47,489 bases of DNA from Bacteroidota bacterium (GCA_003567115.1 PXAP01000116.1:1-47489); one strand, 5' to 3'; shown: positions 9,265-19,835, counted from the stretch's first letter. Notes: generated by a model from the sequence alone, not told the origin. A program made the numbers and translations.

Positions 9265-11007
9265 ATGCATAAGTTCATCAGAAATAACAGCATAATCTTG
9301 CTTTTTGCATCAGGATTTATTCTTATATCATATGGCTTTGTAAATATTCCGGCAAGCAGGGATTTTAAGCTTGCACGGAATATGGATATCTTTTTTTCAA
9401 TGATCCGGGAAATAAGCCTCTTCTATGTTGATGATACCGAAGCAGAAAAATTAATTGAAAACGGCATTGCCGGGGTTCTTCATGGCCTTGATCCATATAC
9501 CACCTATATTCCGGAGTCAGAAAAAGAGAATTATACTTCGATGACAACCGGCAAATATGGAGGGATAGGAGCTCTGATTCGTCAAATCGGCGAATTTGTT
9601 ATAATAATTGAGCCTCATGAAAATTTCCCTGCCCAAAAATCGGGCCTTCTTGCAGGAGATATAATTATCGGTATTGATGGTGAGTCAACTAAAGGTCTTC
9701 TGGTTAATGAAGTAAGTGAATTACTTAAGGGGGCACCAAAAAGCAAGATTGAGATTACTATAAAACGCAATGGAGAACCTTACCCCATAACAAAAAAAAT
9801 AATAAGGGAGGAGATCAAAATTGACAATGTAGCGTTTTATGGTATTGCTGGAAACAACACAGGCTATATAAAGTTAAACGGCTTCACTCAAAATGCCCAT
9901 CAGGAAGTAAAGGAAGCTTTGAATGACCTGAAAAGAACTTATGGGATTGAATCTGTAATTCTTGATCTGCGTGGTAATCCGGGAGGACTGCTGATGGAAG
10001 CTGTAAATATCACAAATATTTTTGTCGAAAAAGGAGAGGATATCGTCAGTACCAGGGGAAAATTGAAGCAATGGGATCATACCTACAGTGCTCGTGGTAA
10101 TCCCGTTGATCCGGATATTGCAGTTGTTATTCTAACCGGACGCAGTTCTGCTTCTGCAGCAGAAATAGTGGCAGGTGCCGTGCAAGATCTGGACAGGGGA
10201 GTATTAATAGGACAAAGGACTTTTGGGAAGGGCCTGGTACAGACCACAAGGCAGTTAAGTTACAACGCCCAGTTGAAAATTACCACTGCAAAATACTATA
10301 CACCAAGTGGCAGGTGCATTCAGGCTATGGATTTCTCAACTGATAATGGGGTTACTTATATTCCCGATTCTCTCATCAGCGAATTCCGAACCAAAAACGG
10401 TCGTACAGTATATGATGGGGGGGGCATAATGCCCGATATTGAAATTAAAGAGGTGAGGCCTGGCCCGATTGTAATAAACCTCTATACCAGAAACCATATT
10501 TTTAATTTTGCAACCCTTTATGCTGCAAAGAACCCTGATATACCCCCAGTTTCTTCATTTGAAATAAGTGATGAGGATTACCAGCATTTTATAGATTTCT
10601 TAAATAATGAAAATTTTGATTATAAGACACAAACCGAGGAAAATCTCGATCAGTTAATCAATTCAGCCAGGCAGGAAAAATACTATGATATTTCGAGTGA
10701 CCTCTTCATAGAGCTTAAAGATAGAATAATTGAGGATAAACAAAATGACCTCGAAAAATATAAAAAAGATATCAAATCTCTTCTCAAAGAAGAAATTGCA
10801 AGCAGATACTATTACCAGAAAGGCCGTATTGAAGCCTCGCTAACCTCTGATCCGTGCCTTGAAAAAGCCATTGAAATATTACATAATAAGGCATTATATA
10901 ATGCCATTCTGGATGGCTCTATTATCCATGCCAATGAGAAAGCCAGGGAATCATTAATTTTTTCAAATGCAACCGGAAATGGATATTGTGACCAGGTGAG
11001 TTGCTGA
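9265..11007 (+). CDS. S41 family C-terminal processing peptidase with PDZ domain
   Basis: 580 aa. PDZ block (GLLAGDIIIGIDGES), DLRGNPGG, catalytic Ser region GRSSASAAEIVAGA and TFGKGLVQ. Confidence 0.9.
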   Translation: MHKFIRNNSIILLFASGFILISYGFVNIPASRDFKLARNMDIFFSMIREISLFYVDDTEAEKLIENGIAGVLHGLDPYTTYIPESEKENYTSMTTGKYGGIGALIRQIGEFVIIIEPHENFPAQKSGLLAGDIIIGIDGESTKGLLVNEVSELLKGAPKSKIEITIKRNGEPYPITKKIIREEIKIDNVAFYGIAGNNTGYIKLNGFTQNAHQEVKEALNDLKRTYGIESVILDLRGNPGGLLMEAVNITNIFVEKGEDIVSTRGKLKQWDHTYSARGNPVDPDIAVVILTGRSSASAAEIVAGAVQDLDRGVLIGQRTFGKGLVQTTRQLSYNAQLKITTAKYYTPSGRCIQAMDFSTDNGVTYIPDSLISEFRTKNGRTVYDGGGIMPDIEIKEVRPGPIVINLYTRNHIFNFATLYAAKNPDIPPVSSFEISDEDYQHFIDFLNNENFDYKTQTEENLDQLINSARQEKYYDISSDLFIELKDRIIEDKQNDLEKYKKDIKSLLKEEIASRYYYQKGRIEASLTSDPCLEKAIEILHNKALYNAILDGSIIHANEKARESLIFSNATGNGYCDQVSC

Positions 11008-11022
11008 CAGTATTGATTATTT

Positions 11023-11319
11023 TTATTCATAACACCGGTTAAGGCAATCCACAATTTGGGTTAAATTCTTATGTTTAAGAAAATAATATGTGTTTTTCCC
11101 TTCACGTTGTGAAGATAATACCCCTTTATCTTTTAAAATACCCAGGTGATGCGACGTAGTTGACTGCTCTATTTTAAGTAATTTATGTATCTGCGTAACC
11201 GTCAGCCTTTTATCATCCTCAAGAAATCCTATTATGGCTATTCTCATTGGATGAGCTATAGCCTTAAGCATATTGGCGGCCCTTTCCAGCTTATCTACGT
11301 CTAAGTCGCGTAATTTCAT
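11023..11319 (-). CDS. ArsR/SmtB family transcriptional regulator
   Basis: 98-aa winged HTH (LKAIAHPMRIAIIGFL...LTVTQIHKLLKIEQSTTSHHLGILKDKGV). Confidence 0.85.
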   Translation of the reverse strand: MKLRDLDVDKLERAANMLKAIAHPMRIAIIGFLEDDKRLTVTQIHKLLKIEQSTTSHHLGILKDKGVLSSQREGKNTYYFLKHKNLTQIVDCLNRCYE

Positions 11320-11574
11320 AATTATAACACTTATTAATGGAAATATATTAATATTTACCTGAATACCGGGATATCAGATTTTTTAAATCGCTGATGCCAA
11401 TTTATATCTTGCCAGCTGTCATTTTAAATTTGTAATATTACAGCTTTTACTATCCAAATATATAAATATATAATTCAATAAACCATGATAATTATCAGAA
11501 ACGTGTTTTCGATCATGTTCCGAAAGGGCTGTTAATCTGCACATAAATTAGTATTTTTACAAAAAATAGCTTTA

Positions 11575-12549
11575 ATGACCTTCCTTATAAACATAAAAGC
11601 CCCTATAAAGAACGAGATTCAGGAATTTGAATCCTTTTTCAAATCCTCCATGAAAACAAAAGTTCCTTTACTCGATTATATAACGCACTATATACTAAGA
11701 AGAAAGGGTAAGCAACTCCGGCCTGTTCTAGTATTTCTTTCGGCTAAAATACTTGGAGAACCAAACAAATCAACATTTACAGCTGCAGCATTAATTGAAT
11801 TGCTGCACACTGCAACCCTTATTCATGATGATGTTGTAGATGATTCATATGAACGGCGAGGCTTCTTTTCACTATATGCAATCTGGAAAACAAAAATCGC
11901 GGTACTTGTCGGGGACTACCTTTTATCCAAGGGATTACTCCTGGCAGTTGATAAAAAGGAGTATCAATTGCTTGAAATAGTTTCGGCAGCTGTAAAGGAG
12001 ATGAGCGAGGGGGAATTGTTTCAGATTCAAAAATCCCGGAAACTTAATATTACTGAAAAAGAGTACTTCGATATTATTCGCAAAAAGACTGCCACCCTGA
12101 TGATCGCCTGCACTTCATCAGGAGCAAGTTCGGTTAGCAAGGATCTTGAAAAGATCGATAAGCTTAAACAGTATGCAGAAAATGCAGGAATATCATTTCA
12201 GATAAAAGATGATCTCTTTGACTACCAGAAAAAAGGGATCACCGGAAAACCTATGGCAAACGATATAAAAGAACAAAAGATCACTCTTCCCCTGATTTAT
12301 GCCCTGGCAAATTCTTCACTAATTGAAAAAAGGGAGATTTTGAGTCTAATCAAACGTAACAGAAACAATTCCAGACAAGTAAAAAAAATTATAGATTTTG
12401 TATTCACAAAAAAGGGCATTGAATATGCAACTCATAAAATGGAGGAGCACAAACAAAAAGCGATTGCCTGCCTGGCAGATTTTCCTGATAGTGAAGCTAG
12501 AACCTCACTCATAAAGTTAGCAGAATATATTACCGAAAGAAACAGATAA
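11575..12549 (+). CDS. Polyprenyl diphosphate synthase (trans-isoprenyl, IspB-like; chain length not inferable)
   Basis: 324 aa with two Asp-rich motifs, LIHDDVVDD and QIKDDLFD. Confidence 0.9.
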   Translation: MTFLINIKAPIKNEIQEFESFFKSSMKTKVPLLDYITHYILRRKGKQLRPVLVFLSAKILGEPNKSTFTAAALIELLHTATLIHDDVVDDSYERRGFFSLYAIWKTKIAVLVGDYLLSKGLLLAVDKKEYQLLEIVSAAVKEMSEGELFQIQKSRKLNITEKEYFDIIRKKTATLMIACTSSGASSVSKDLEKIDKLKQYAENAGISFQIKDDLFDYQKKGITGKPMANDIKEQKITLPLIYALANSSLIEKREILSLIKRNRNNSRQVKKIIDFVFTKKGIEYATHKMEEHKQKAIACLADFPDSEARTSLIKLAEYITERNR

Positions 12550-12656
12550 GCGGTTATCGTTCCTGCATATATAAGAATAAAAAGCGAATAATTAAATTAA
12601 CAATTAATATAATATATCCTTTAAACAAGATATTTAAGCCTTTATAAATAGTTTAA

Positions 12657-14489
12657 TTATTCTTTATCTTGATCGCAACCGTAGAAGTGATCGATCAATG
12701 CCCTTGCCTTTGACTTCCCTATTACAGATGAGATTTCCTCAAAACTTGATTTTCTGATTGATTCATATGTTTTGAAATGTTTATAAAGCTTCTCGATTGT
12801 TTTCGATCCAAGACCCGGCACAGATTCCAATATGGATTTCGCAAACCCGGATGATCGTTTCTGCCGATGGAACACAAGGCTGAAGCGATGTGCCTCATCC
12901 CTCAAATGACTTATCAGACGCAGAGTTTCAGATTTCTTATCCAGATACAATGGTACCGGATCTCCCGGGAAATATATCTCCTCAAGCTTTTTTGCAATTG
13001 CAATAATTTTTACCTCAGCTGTTAAATCAAGGCTCTTGATTGTTTCTACTGCAGCCCCGAGCTGGGCTTTCCCGCCGTCCACTACTATTAATTGAGGTAG
13101 TGGACGATTTTCCTCAATAAGGCGATTATACCTACGTAAAATGACTTCTTTCATTGAAGCATAATCATTCGGGCCGGTTATACTTCGAATATTATAATGG
13201 CGATATTCGCCCCTGCTTGGCTTGGCCATCCTGAAAACCACGCAGGCAGAAACAGGACTTCCTCCCTGGATATTTGAATTATCAAAACACTCAATATGAT
13301 ATGGTATTTTGTCAAGTCTCAGGTCACTCATAGCTTTTTTGAGAATCCAGTCACTTTTATCTTCAGGTTTGTTTTCCAGAACCTTCTTTTCTTTTTCTTT
13401 TAAATAGTAGCGTGCATTTCTTTCTGATAAGTCCAGCAGTCTTTTTTTATCCCCTTTTCTGGGTATAGTAATTCTAACGCCGGGAATATCGGTTTTTGGC
13501 TTGAAAGGAACAACTATTTCGCTTGAACTGTTAATTTCACTGCTTTTGACTTCAACAATAACAAGAGCAAGCAGATCAGCCTTATCTTCAGAAAAGACCT
13601 TTTTTATCTCTATGGTCCGGGACCGGATAACTGATCCGTTAACAACTTTCAAAAAATTCGTAACAGCATATTTTGGATTGTCAATAAAAGAAAAAACGTC
13701 CAGATTACTGATTGAAGGATTTACAATTGTTGACTTGCTTTGATATTTTTGAAGCATTTCGATTTTTTCTTTCATACATTGAGCCTCTTCGTATGCAAAA
13801 TTCCGGGCATGGATCTTCATTCTCTCCTGAAGAAAAGTCTTTACTCCCTGAATATTCCCTTTCAGAATTTTCTTAATCTGTTGAATATTGTTATCATAAT
13901 CTTCCAGTGTCTGTTTTCCAACACAGGGGCCTTTACAGTTACCGATATGGTACTCCAGGCATACTTTGAATTTCATCGAATCTATATTCTTTCGGCTAAG
14001 TTGATAATTGCAATTTCTCAAAGGATATAATTGCTTTAAAAGCTCCAGTATACTTCTGATCATATTAGCCGAAGTATATGGTCCGAAATATGCAGATCCG
14101 TCTTTTACAGGATTACGAGTCGTAAATACCCTTGGAAATGGTTCATTCTTAATACAGATATAAGGAAATGATTTATCATCTTTCAGAAGCACATTGTACC
14201 GGGGCTGATATTCTTTTATAAGGTTGTTTTCCAGAAGAAGCGCATCGGCTTCTGTTTCTACAACAATATGATCAATCTGTCTTATTTGTTTTCTAAGAAC
14301 CCGGAGTTTATTATTCTCCAATTTATTTTTGGAAAAATAAGAAATAACTCGTTTTTTCAGGTTTTTTGCTTTTCCAGCATATATAACCTTGTTGTTCCTA
14401 TCCCTGAACAAATAAACTCCGGGCAGTGAAGGTAAAGCTTTAACAGAACAGAGCAGTTTTTCAATTGCTTTATCATTCATAATAAACAA
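12657..14489 (-). CDS. uvrC: Excinuclease ABC subunit C
   Basis: 610 aa. GIY-YIG (GVYLFRD...VIYAGKAKNLKKRV), a Cys-rich/UvrB-interaction region, an endonuclease domain and a C-terminal HhH (VPGLGSKTIEKL). The true start is possibly Met4 (14480). Confidence 0.95.
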   Translation of the reverse strand: MFIMNDKAIEKLLCSVKALPSLPGVYLFRDRNNKVIYAGKAKNLKKRVISYFSKNKLENNKLRVLRKQIRQIDHIVVETEADALLLENNLIKEYQPRYNVLLKDDKSFPYICIKNEPFPRVFTTRNPVKDGSAYFGPYTSANMIRSILELLKQLYPLRNCNYQLSRKNIDSMKFKVCLEYHIGNCKGPCVGKQTLEDYDNNIQQIKKILKGNIQGVKTFLQERMKIHARNFAYEEAQCMKEKIEMLQKYQSKSTIVNPSISNLDVFSFIDNPKYAVTNFLKVVNGSVIRSRTIEIKKVFSEDKADLLALVIVEVKSSEINSSSEIVVPFKPKTDIPGVRITIPRKGDKKRLLDLSERNARYYLKEKEKKVLENKPEDKSDWILKKAMSDLRLDKIPYHIECFDNSNIQGGSPVSACVVFRMAKPSRGEYRHYNIRSITGPNDYASMKEVILRRYNRLIEENRPLPQLIVVDGGKAQLGAAVETIKSLDLTAEVKIIAIAKKLEEIYFPGDPVPLYLDKKSETLRLISHLRDEAHRFSLVFHRQKRSSGFAKSILESVPGLGSKTIEKLYKHFKTYESIRKSSFEEISSVIGKSKARALIDHFYGCDQDKE

Positions 14490-14498
14490 TACGGAAGG

Positions 14499-16148
14499 TT
14501 ATTTAACAAACACTGTCGTAAACGAGTATTCATTTACATCAAATAAGCCCCGGTCCCCAATTTTTAATTCAGGTATAACAAGCAGTGCCATAAATGATAA
14601 ACTCATAAATGGGGCACTGAGTTTTGAACCCAGCATTTTTGCATAATTATCGATTTCCATATATTTCCAGGCAACTTCCGCCCCGCTTATATTTGTCATT
14701 AAACCGGCAATTTCTAGTTTTAGCTTCATTTTATTGCCAGCTGAAACAGCAACAAGTCCTCCCCCCATATCAAGAATTGTATTAACGGCTTCTGTAATCT
14801 CATTATCGTTAATCCCAACAGCAATTATATTGTGACTGTCATGTGCAACTGAACCTGCAATTGCACCATCAGATAACCCGAACCCGGAAATAAATCCTAC
14901 AGATGGTTTATCACTATCATTATATTTATTACATACAATAATTTTACAAATATCTCTTTCAGGATCCGCTACCGCATAGCCATTTTGAATACTTGCCTCC
15001 CTAATCCCGGATCCTGTATAAAGACTTCCATTGTTAACTTCAATAACTCGTATTTTGTCTGTTTCAGCAATTAAATTGATCTCTTCAGGCTTTATATGTA
15101 TTGATCTGAATCTTTTTTTAAAATCTTTTGTTTTGTTTTTGAATAAAACATTACCCTCACTATAAACCAATCTACCATTGATGTAGGTCTTTTCAATTTT
15201 AAATTTTTCCAAATCTTTTACAATAATCAGATCGGCGAAATCACCTTCCCGAAGCATCCCAACAGGTAACTTATAGTGTAAAGCCGGATTAAGACTTGCT
15301 GCCTTTATAAGATTGAAAAGAGATATACCTTTTTTTATGCCTCGCGAAAGTAAAATATTAATGTGTCCTTTAATCAGATCATCCGGGTGCATATCATCAG
15401 AACAAAGCATTACTGAATCAGGAAACTTGTCGATCAATTCACAAAACACATCAAAATTTTTAGCAGCACTCCCTTCCCTTATTTGGATCTTTACACCAGC
15501 TGAAATTTTATCTTCTGCCTCTGCCAGACTAATGCACTCATGATCTGTACTTATCCCGGACTGAACATATCTGATCATTTCATTACCTCTCAAGCCGGGT
15601 GCATGTCCGTCAACAGGCATATCTAATTCACGGGCTGCATCTATTTTCTTCATTATATCTTGTTCCTTATTAATTACGGCGGGAAAATTCATTACTTCCG
15701 CCAAAAATTTAATCCTGTCGTTCAGCAACAAGGTTTTCACCTCTTCAGAACCAAGCTTTGCACCAGAAGACTCAAATTCCGTAGCAGGCACACAAGATGG
15801 TGCCCCGAAGAAGCACTTGAGGGGAACGGTTTCTCCGTTTTCTATCATATATTGAATGCCTTCCAGCCCGGCAACATTAGCAATTTCATGAGGATCAGAA
15901 ACCACAGCAACAGTACCATGCTTAACAGCAACTTCAGCGAAACCTGCCGGAGTTAACATTGAACTTTCAATATGAATATGCGAATCGATTATTCCAGGTA
16001 AAATATAATTTACTGAATTCATCTTTTCTCCGGGAAATTCTTTAATCCTTTCTATCTTCTCGTTTGAAATTGTAATTTCAGCAGGAAATATCCTCTCATT
16101 ATAAATGTCAACCAAATTCCCTTCGATCTTTGCTTCTGTTTCTTTCAT
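14499..16148 (-). CDS. ade: Adenine deaminase
   Basis: 549 aa. Amidohydrolase metal motif GIIDSHIHIESS, DGHAPG, and the length and C-terminal domain typical of Ade. It lies 9 bp upstream of uvrC on the same strand. Confidence 0.9.
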   Translation of the reverse strand: MKETEAKIEGNLVDIYNERIFPAEITISNEKIERIKEFPGEKMNSVNYILPGIIDSHIHIESSMLTPAGFAEVAVKHGTVAVVSDPHEIANVAGLEGIQYMIENGETVPLKCFFGAPSCVPATEFESSGAKLGSEEVKTLLLNDRIKFLAEVMNFPAVINKEQDIMKKIDAARELDMPVDGHAPGLRGNEMIRYVQSGISTDHECISLAEAEDKISAGVKIQIREGSAAKNFDVFCELIDKFPDSVMLCSDDMHPDDLIKGHINILLSRGIKKGISLFNLIKAASLNPALHYKLPVGMLREGDFADLIIVKDLEKFKIEKTYINGRLVYSEGNVLFKNKTKDFKKRFRSIHIKPEEINLIAETDKIRVIEVNNGSLYTGSGIREASIQNGYAVADPERDICKIIVCNKYNDSDKPSVGFISGFGLSDGAIAGSVAHDSHNIIAVGINDNEITEAVNTILDMGGGLVAVSAGNKMKLKLEIAGLMTNISGAEVAWKYMEIDNYAKMLGSKLSAPFMSLSFMALLVIPELKIGDRGLFDVNEYSFTTVFVK

Positions 16149-16524
16149 AATTCCTGCTTTAAATTACTATTGTTTGCAAAAGCAATACTCTCTTATTTTT
16201 CTCTCACCTTTCGCTTAATTTAATTCAAAAATAGTATGAATTTTAAAATTTAATAAACAAGCCTACATTTAATGCACTCTAATCAGGTTAATCAAATCAA
16301 TAATCAGTTAATTATCTTCCCAATGTTATCTGCTTAAAATATTTCAGACGCATGGAACCTCTTAGCCAGAAACAGGCTGATTAGTTTTTCCTATGAAATT
16401 TAAATTTGACTTGCCCCGACCTCCTATGTTATATTCATTTTTTGGGTATTTTCAATATAGTAAATTTATGTTTATCTCTAAAGGACCAAAAATTATTTAC
16501 AACCAGATTTTTATAAATTATTTT

Positions 16525-16552
16525 GCATTTTGTTCCACGTGGAACAAAATGC
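16525..16552 (-). terminator. Perfect 28-nt palindrome directly abutting the mnmG stop codon
   Basis: GCATTTTGTTCCAC/GTGGAACAAAATGC at 16525-16552; the mnmG stop is at 16553-16555. The flanks are A/T-rich but there is no canonical U-tract. Confidence 0.5.
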
Positions 16553-18433
16553 TTATCTTCCAAAATAAATAATTAGTGCGCTTATATCTGCAGGCGAAAC
16601 ACCGCTGATTCGGGAAGCCTGTCCAAGATTTTGTGGTTTTATCTTTTTTAGTTTTTCCCTTCCTTCTGTTGATATTGAGCTTAATTTATCATAATCATAA
16701 TCGGGGTGGATAGTAATATGTTCAAGTCTTTTCAGTTTTTCCGCCATATTTTTTTCTCTTTCAATGTATCCTTTATATTTTAAATTTATCTCTATATTTT
16801 CGAGTATTTCCCTCATAAAAAAATTTTTTGAGCCTGCTATTTCCCTGAGAACGTCATTAGTGTCTGTAAGGTCATATATGGAAATTTGTGGTCGCAGTAA
16901 AATTTGAAATAATTTTGTTTTTTGCCGAATTTTGGCAGTAGATTTTTGCTGTAAAAAACCGTTGATTTTATCTGGCGATACACTATAATCATATAAAATA
17001 TTAGTGATTCTTTCTTTGTATTCTCTTTTCCGTTCCCATAATTTTATCCGTTTTTCGGATGCTAACCCAATTTTACCCGCCAGGCTGGTGAGTCTTTCGT
17101 CGGCATTATCCTGACGTAACAAGAGCCTGAATTCAGCACGGGAGGTAAACATTCTGTATGGTTCATCAACACCTTTGTTTATCAGATCGTCAATTAATAC
17201 ACCAATATAGGCCTGATTTCGATTAAGAATAAACTCGGCGTTATTATTAATTTTGTGGTGCGCATTGATTCCTGCAATAATGCCCTGGCCTGCTGCTTCT
17301 TCATATCCGGTAGTACCGTTTATCTGTCCGGCAAAAAACAGATTTTCAATAAATTTGGTCTCCAGGGAATATTTGAGTTGTGCGGGAGAATAATAATCAT
17401 ATTCTATCGCATATCCCGGCCGGAATATCTTTACATTTTCAAGTCCTTTAACTTTTCTGAGACCTGATAACTGCACTTCTAACGGAAGTGATGAGGAAAA
17501 CCCATTGATATAAAATTCACATGTATTACGCCCTTCCGGTTCAAGAAAAAGCTGATGCCTGGGTTTCTCCGGGAAGGTTACTATCTTATCCTCAATACTC
17601 GGACAATAGCGAGGACCAACTCCTTCAATTTTTCCTTTAAAAAGTGGGCTGCATTCAAATCCTGATTCAAGTATCTTATGAACCCGGCTATTTGTATATG
17701 CTATGTAGCAAGGCAACTGTTTTTTTATACAATCACTCTCCTGAAGATAAGAAAACCTCCCAGGTATTATATCACCCTCCTGCTTTTCTAACTTTGTAAA
17801 ATCAATAGTTCTACCATCAATTCTTGGCGAAGTCCCGGTTTTCATTCTTCCAATTTCAAAATCATGTTTTTTCAGTTGTTCACTAATTCCGGATGCAGCA
17901 GGTTCTGATGCACGACCTCCCTGAATTTTGACATCTCCAACATACATTACGCCGTTTATAAAAGTACCATTGGAAAGAATGACTGCCGATCCGAAAATGT
18001 CAATGCCTGTTTTTGTTTTAACTCCTATTATTCGATTTTGGTTAATTATAAGTTTTGTAACAATATCTTGCCAAAATTCAATATTGGGTATTGATTCAAG
18101 ATATAATCGCCAGTTTGCTGAAAAAAGCATTCTGTCGCATTGAGCACGGGGGCTCCACATTGCAGGGCCCTTGCTTTTATTAAGCATTCGGAATTGTATT
18201 GTACTTTTGTCAGTAGCAATACCAGTAAACCCTCCCAAAGCATCAATTTCCCTTACAATCTGACCTTTTGCAATTCCGCCTATTGCAGGATTACAGCTCA
18301 TTTGTGCAATCTTTGTCATATCCATTGTTATAAGAATAACACGGCTACCAAGTTTTGCAGCTGCAGCTGCAGCCTCACATCCGGCATGACCGGCACCTAC
18401 AATAATTATATCATAATTAAATTCCTTTTTCAT
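16553..18433 (-). CDS. mnmG: tRNA uridine-5-carboxymethylaminomethyl(34) synthesis enzyme MnmG (GidA)
   Basis: 626 aa. FAD-binding motif IIVGAGHAGCEAA, with conserved GidA blocks throughout. Confidence 0.95.
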   Translation of the reverse strand: MKKEFNYDIIIVGAGHAGCEAAAAAAKLGSRVILITMDMTKIAQMSCNPAIGGIAKGQIVREIDALGGFTGIATDKSTIQFRMLNKSKGPAMWSPRAQCDRMLFSANWRLYLESIPNIEFWQDIVTKLIINQNRIIGVKTKTGIDIFGSAVILSNGTFINGVMYVGDVKIQGGRASEPAASGISEQLKKHDFEIGRMKTGTSPRIDGRTIDFTKLEKQEGDIIPGRFSYLQESDCIKKQLPCYIAYTNSRVHKILESGFECSPLFKGKIEGVGPRYCPSIEDKIVTFPEKPRHQLFLEPEGRNTCEFYINGFSSSLPLEVQLSGLRKVKGLENVKIFRPGYAIEYDYYSPAQLKYSLETKFIENLFFAGQINGTTGYEEAAGQGIIAGINAHHKINNNAEFILNRNQAYIGVLIDDLINKGVDEPYRMFTSRAEFRLLLRQDNADERLTSLAGKIGLASEKRIKLWERKREYKERITNILYDYSVSPDKINGFLQQKSTAKIRQKTKLFQILLRPQISIYDLTDTNDVLREIAGSKNFFMREILENIEINLKYKGYIEREKNMAEKLKRLEHITIHPDYDYDKLSSISTEGREKLKKIKPQNLGQASRISGVSPADISALIIYFGR

Positions 18434-18491
18434 AAGAATTTAAAATCATTAATCTGTATATATACATATATAAACGGCAGGAAAGTAAAAT

Positions 18492-18911
18492 TTATAAAGA
18501 TCGCCTTTTAAGGTAGTATGATTCAACGCTGCGCATTTCTTTTTTCTCCGTATCGTTCGAGTCCTTGTATCCCAACAGATGAAGTACACCATGCAAAATA
18601 ACCCGGTCTAACTCATCTTGAAAATCAACATTATAATACTTTGCATTCTCGCGGACAGAATCAATGCTTATTAATATGTCACCGCTAATGACTTTCCCTT
18701 CGCAATAATCAAAGCAGATAACATCGGTATAATAATCTTTTTTGAGAAATTTACGGTTAATATCAATAAGGTACTCATCGGAGGTGAAAATAATTTCTAT
18801 ATCTCCGTCTTCACCCTCCTCGATTTCTACAACACCTATTAACCATTTTTTTAACGATTTGAAATCAGAATAAATAAATGAAATCCCGATTGAACTTTGC
18901 GACAGAGCCAA
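18492..18911 (-). CDS. ybeY: rRNA maturation endoribonuclease YbeY
   Basis: 139 aa with the zinc motif HGVLHLLGY. Confidence 0.9.
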   Translation of the reverse strand: MALSQSSIGISFIYSDFKSLKKWLIGVVEIEEGEDGDIEIIFTSDEYLIDINRKFLKKDYYTDVICFDYCEGKVISGDILISIDSVRENAKYYNVDFQDELDRVILHGVLHLLGYKDSNDTEKKEMRSVESYYLKRRSL

Positions 18912-18914
18912 CTT

Positions 18915-19310
18915 TTATAATTTAAATATCATTTCTGATACCCGCCCTTCCTCATGAAAATATAATTCATCGGATAATTGTTTCATAAGAAAAATGCCCC
19001 GGCCATTAATATTTTCAATGTTTTCGGGTGCAGTAGGATCGGGTACATTGTTAAAATCAAAGCCTGCACCTTCATCCTTTGTTATTATACTAATCTTATC
19101 GTGATTAACGGATATATTAACCATTACATATTTAGATGGATCCAGCTTATTGCCGTGTGAAATAGCATTATTTACGGCTTCGAGCGAAGCAATCAATACA
19201 TTACCATAAATTTCTGAACCCAGATTCCATTCTGAAGATAATTCATCTATAATTCGTTCTATTTCTCTTAGATTTTCAATCTTCGATGATATCTTTATAC
19301 TTTTTTCCAT
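18915..19310 (-). CDS. HATPase_c-type ATP-binding protein (RsbW/SpoIIAB-like anti-sigma kinase fold)
   Basis: 131 aa. N-box-like EAVNNAISHGN and G-box-like DEGAGF...NGRGIFLM. No STAS partner lies adjacent. Confidence 0.7.
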   Translation of the reverse strand: MEKSIKISSKIENLREIERIIDELSSEWNLGSEIYGNVLIASLEAVNNAISHGNKLDPSKYVMVNISVNHDKISIITKDEGAGFDFNNVPDPTAPENIENINGRGIFLMKQLSDELYFHEEGRVSEMIFKL

Positions 19311-19544
19311 TTAACGATATAAGTTGAAGCAAATACTATTCTCCCGATTTTGTATAATTGCTTATCAGTTAATTGATAACACTCTATACAATACTATATA
19401 AACTTTTTTTATATATGCTTCGGTTAAGTACCTGCGTTTCCCGATAACTTATTAATGATCCAATTTGTAATATCTGTATACTTATGATGAACAAAAATAG
19501 TTACATTTTAAACCAAATATATTATAAATAATTTCAGTTGAATA

Positions 19545-19681
19545 TTTTAACCTAATTAATTCATAAATATTTGCATCTTTATGATAATTAGCGTCCTGGC
19601 ATCTTTGTAGCGAAAAAATTTTGTACCCAAAGTTCACAGGCTCAAAGAAATTCCTAAGTTTATGAATTAATCAGGTTAAAA
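19545..19681 (+). mobile_element. Family-B element copy B1: 137-bp MITE-like unit with 23-bp terminal inverted repeats
   Basis: The left end TTTTAACCTAATTAATTCATAAA (19545-19567) matches the reverse complement of the right end, TTTTAACCTGATTAATTCATAAA, at 22/23 positions. No ORF inside. Confidence 0.55.
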
Positions 19682-19783
19682 GTTTTGTATTTTTTCTCTC
19701 CGGTGGTTTTTTATTTTAATACCGGCGTTCAAGGTAAATGCCTGAATTAAAAGTTTTAAAAATTATTTATGCATAAGATTAAT

Positions 19784-19835
19784 AATTCGCTAAAATCAGA
19801 CCATCATCAGGAAGAGGTGGTTATAATCCCGGCTC
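19784..19835 (+). repeat. Family-A element, 5' half only (A5), abutting the stop of the M23 peptidase gene
   Basis: AATTCGCTAAAATCAGACCATCATCAGGAAGAGGTGGTTATAATCCC aligns with the 5' part of copies A1-A3. Confidence 0.6.

Noticed and set aside
11341-11356. AT-only palindromes upstream of regulators: AAATAT-ATTA-ATATTT, 22-37 bp before the ArsR start, and TTATCA-GTTAAT-TGATAA (19362-19379) upstream of the RsbW-like gene.
   Set aside because: They are plausible operators, but they are short and made almost entirely of A/T in A/T-rich spacers, so chance occurrence is high. There is no second copy or conservation evidence available.
18915-19310. An orphan RsbW/SpoIIAB-like kinase, and the ECF sigma gene at 276..761 lacking an adjacent anti-sigma gene, as a possible novel partner-switching arrangement.
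   Set aside because: Partners are often encoded elsewhere. The kinase sits in what looks like an ordinary operon with ybeY and mnmG. Nothing in the sequence itself suggests an unusual system.
19545-19681. attC site / CALIN (integron cassette array) interpretation of family B. The TIR ends TTTTAAC...GTTAAAA resemble the RYYYAAC / GTTRRRY core sites.
   Set aside because: Both core-like sites miss the consensus at one position. There is no IntI integrase or attI in the window. Copies are many kb apart rather than spaced at cassette length. The intervening genes are housekeeping genes in mixed orientation, including ruvB.
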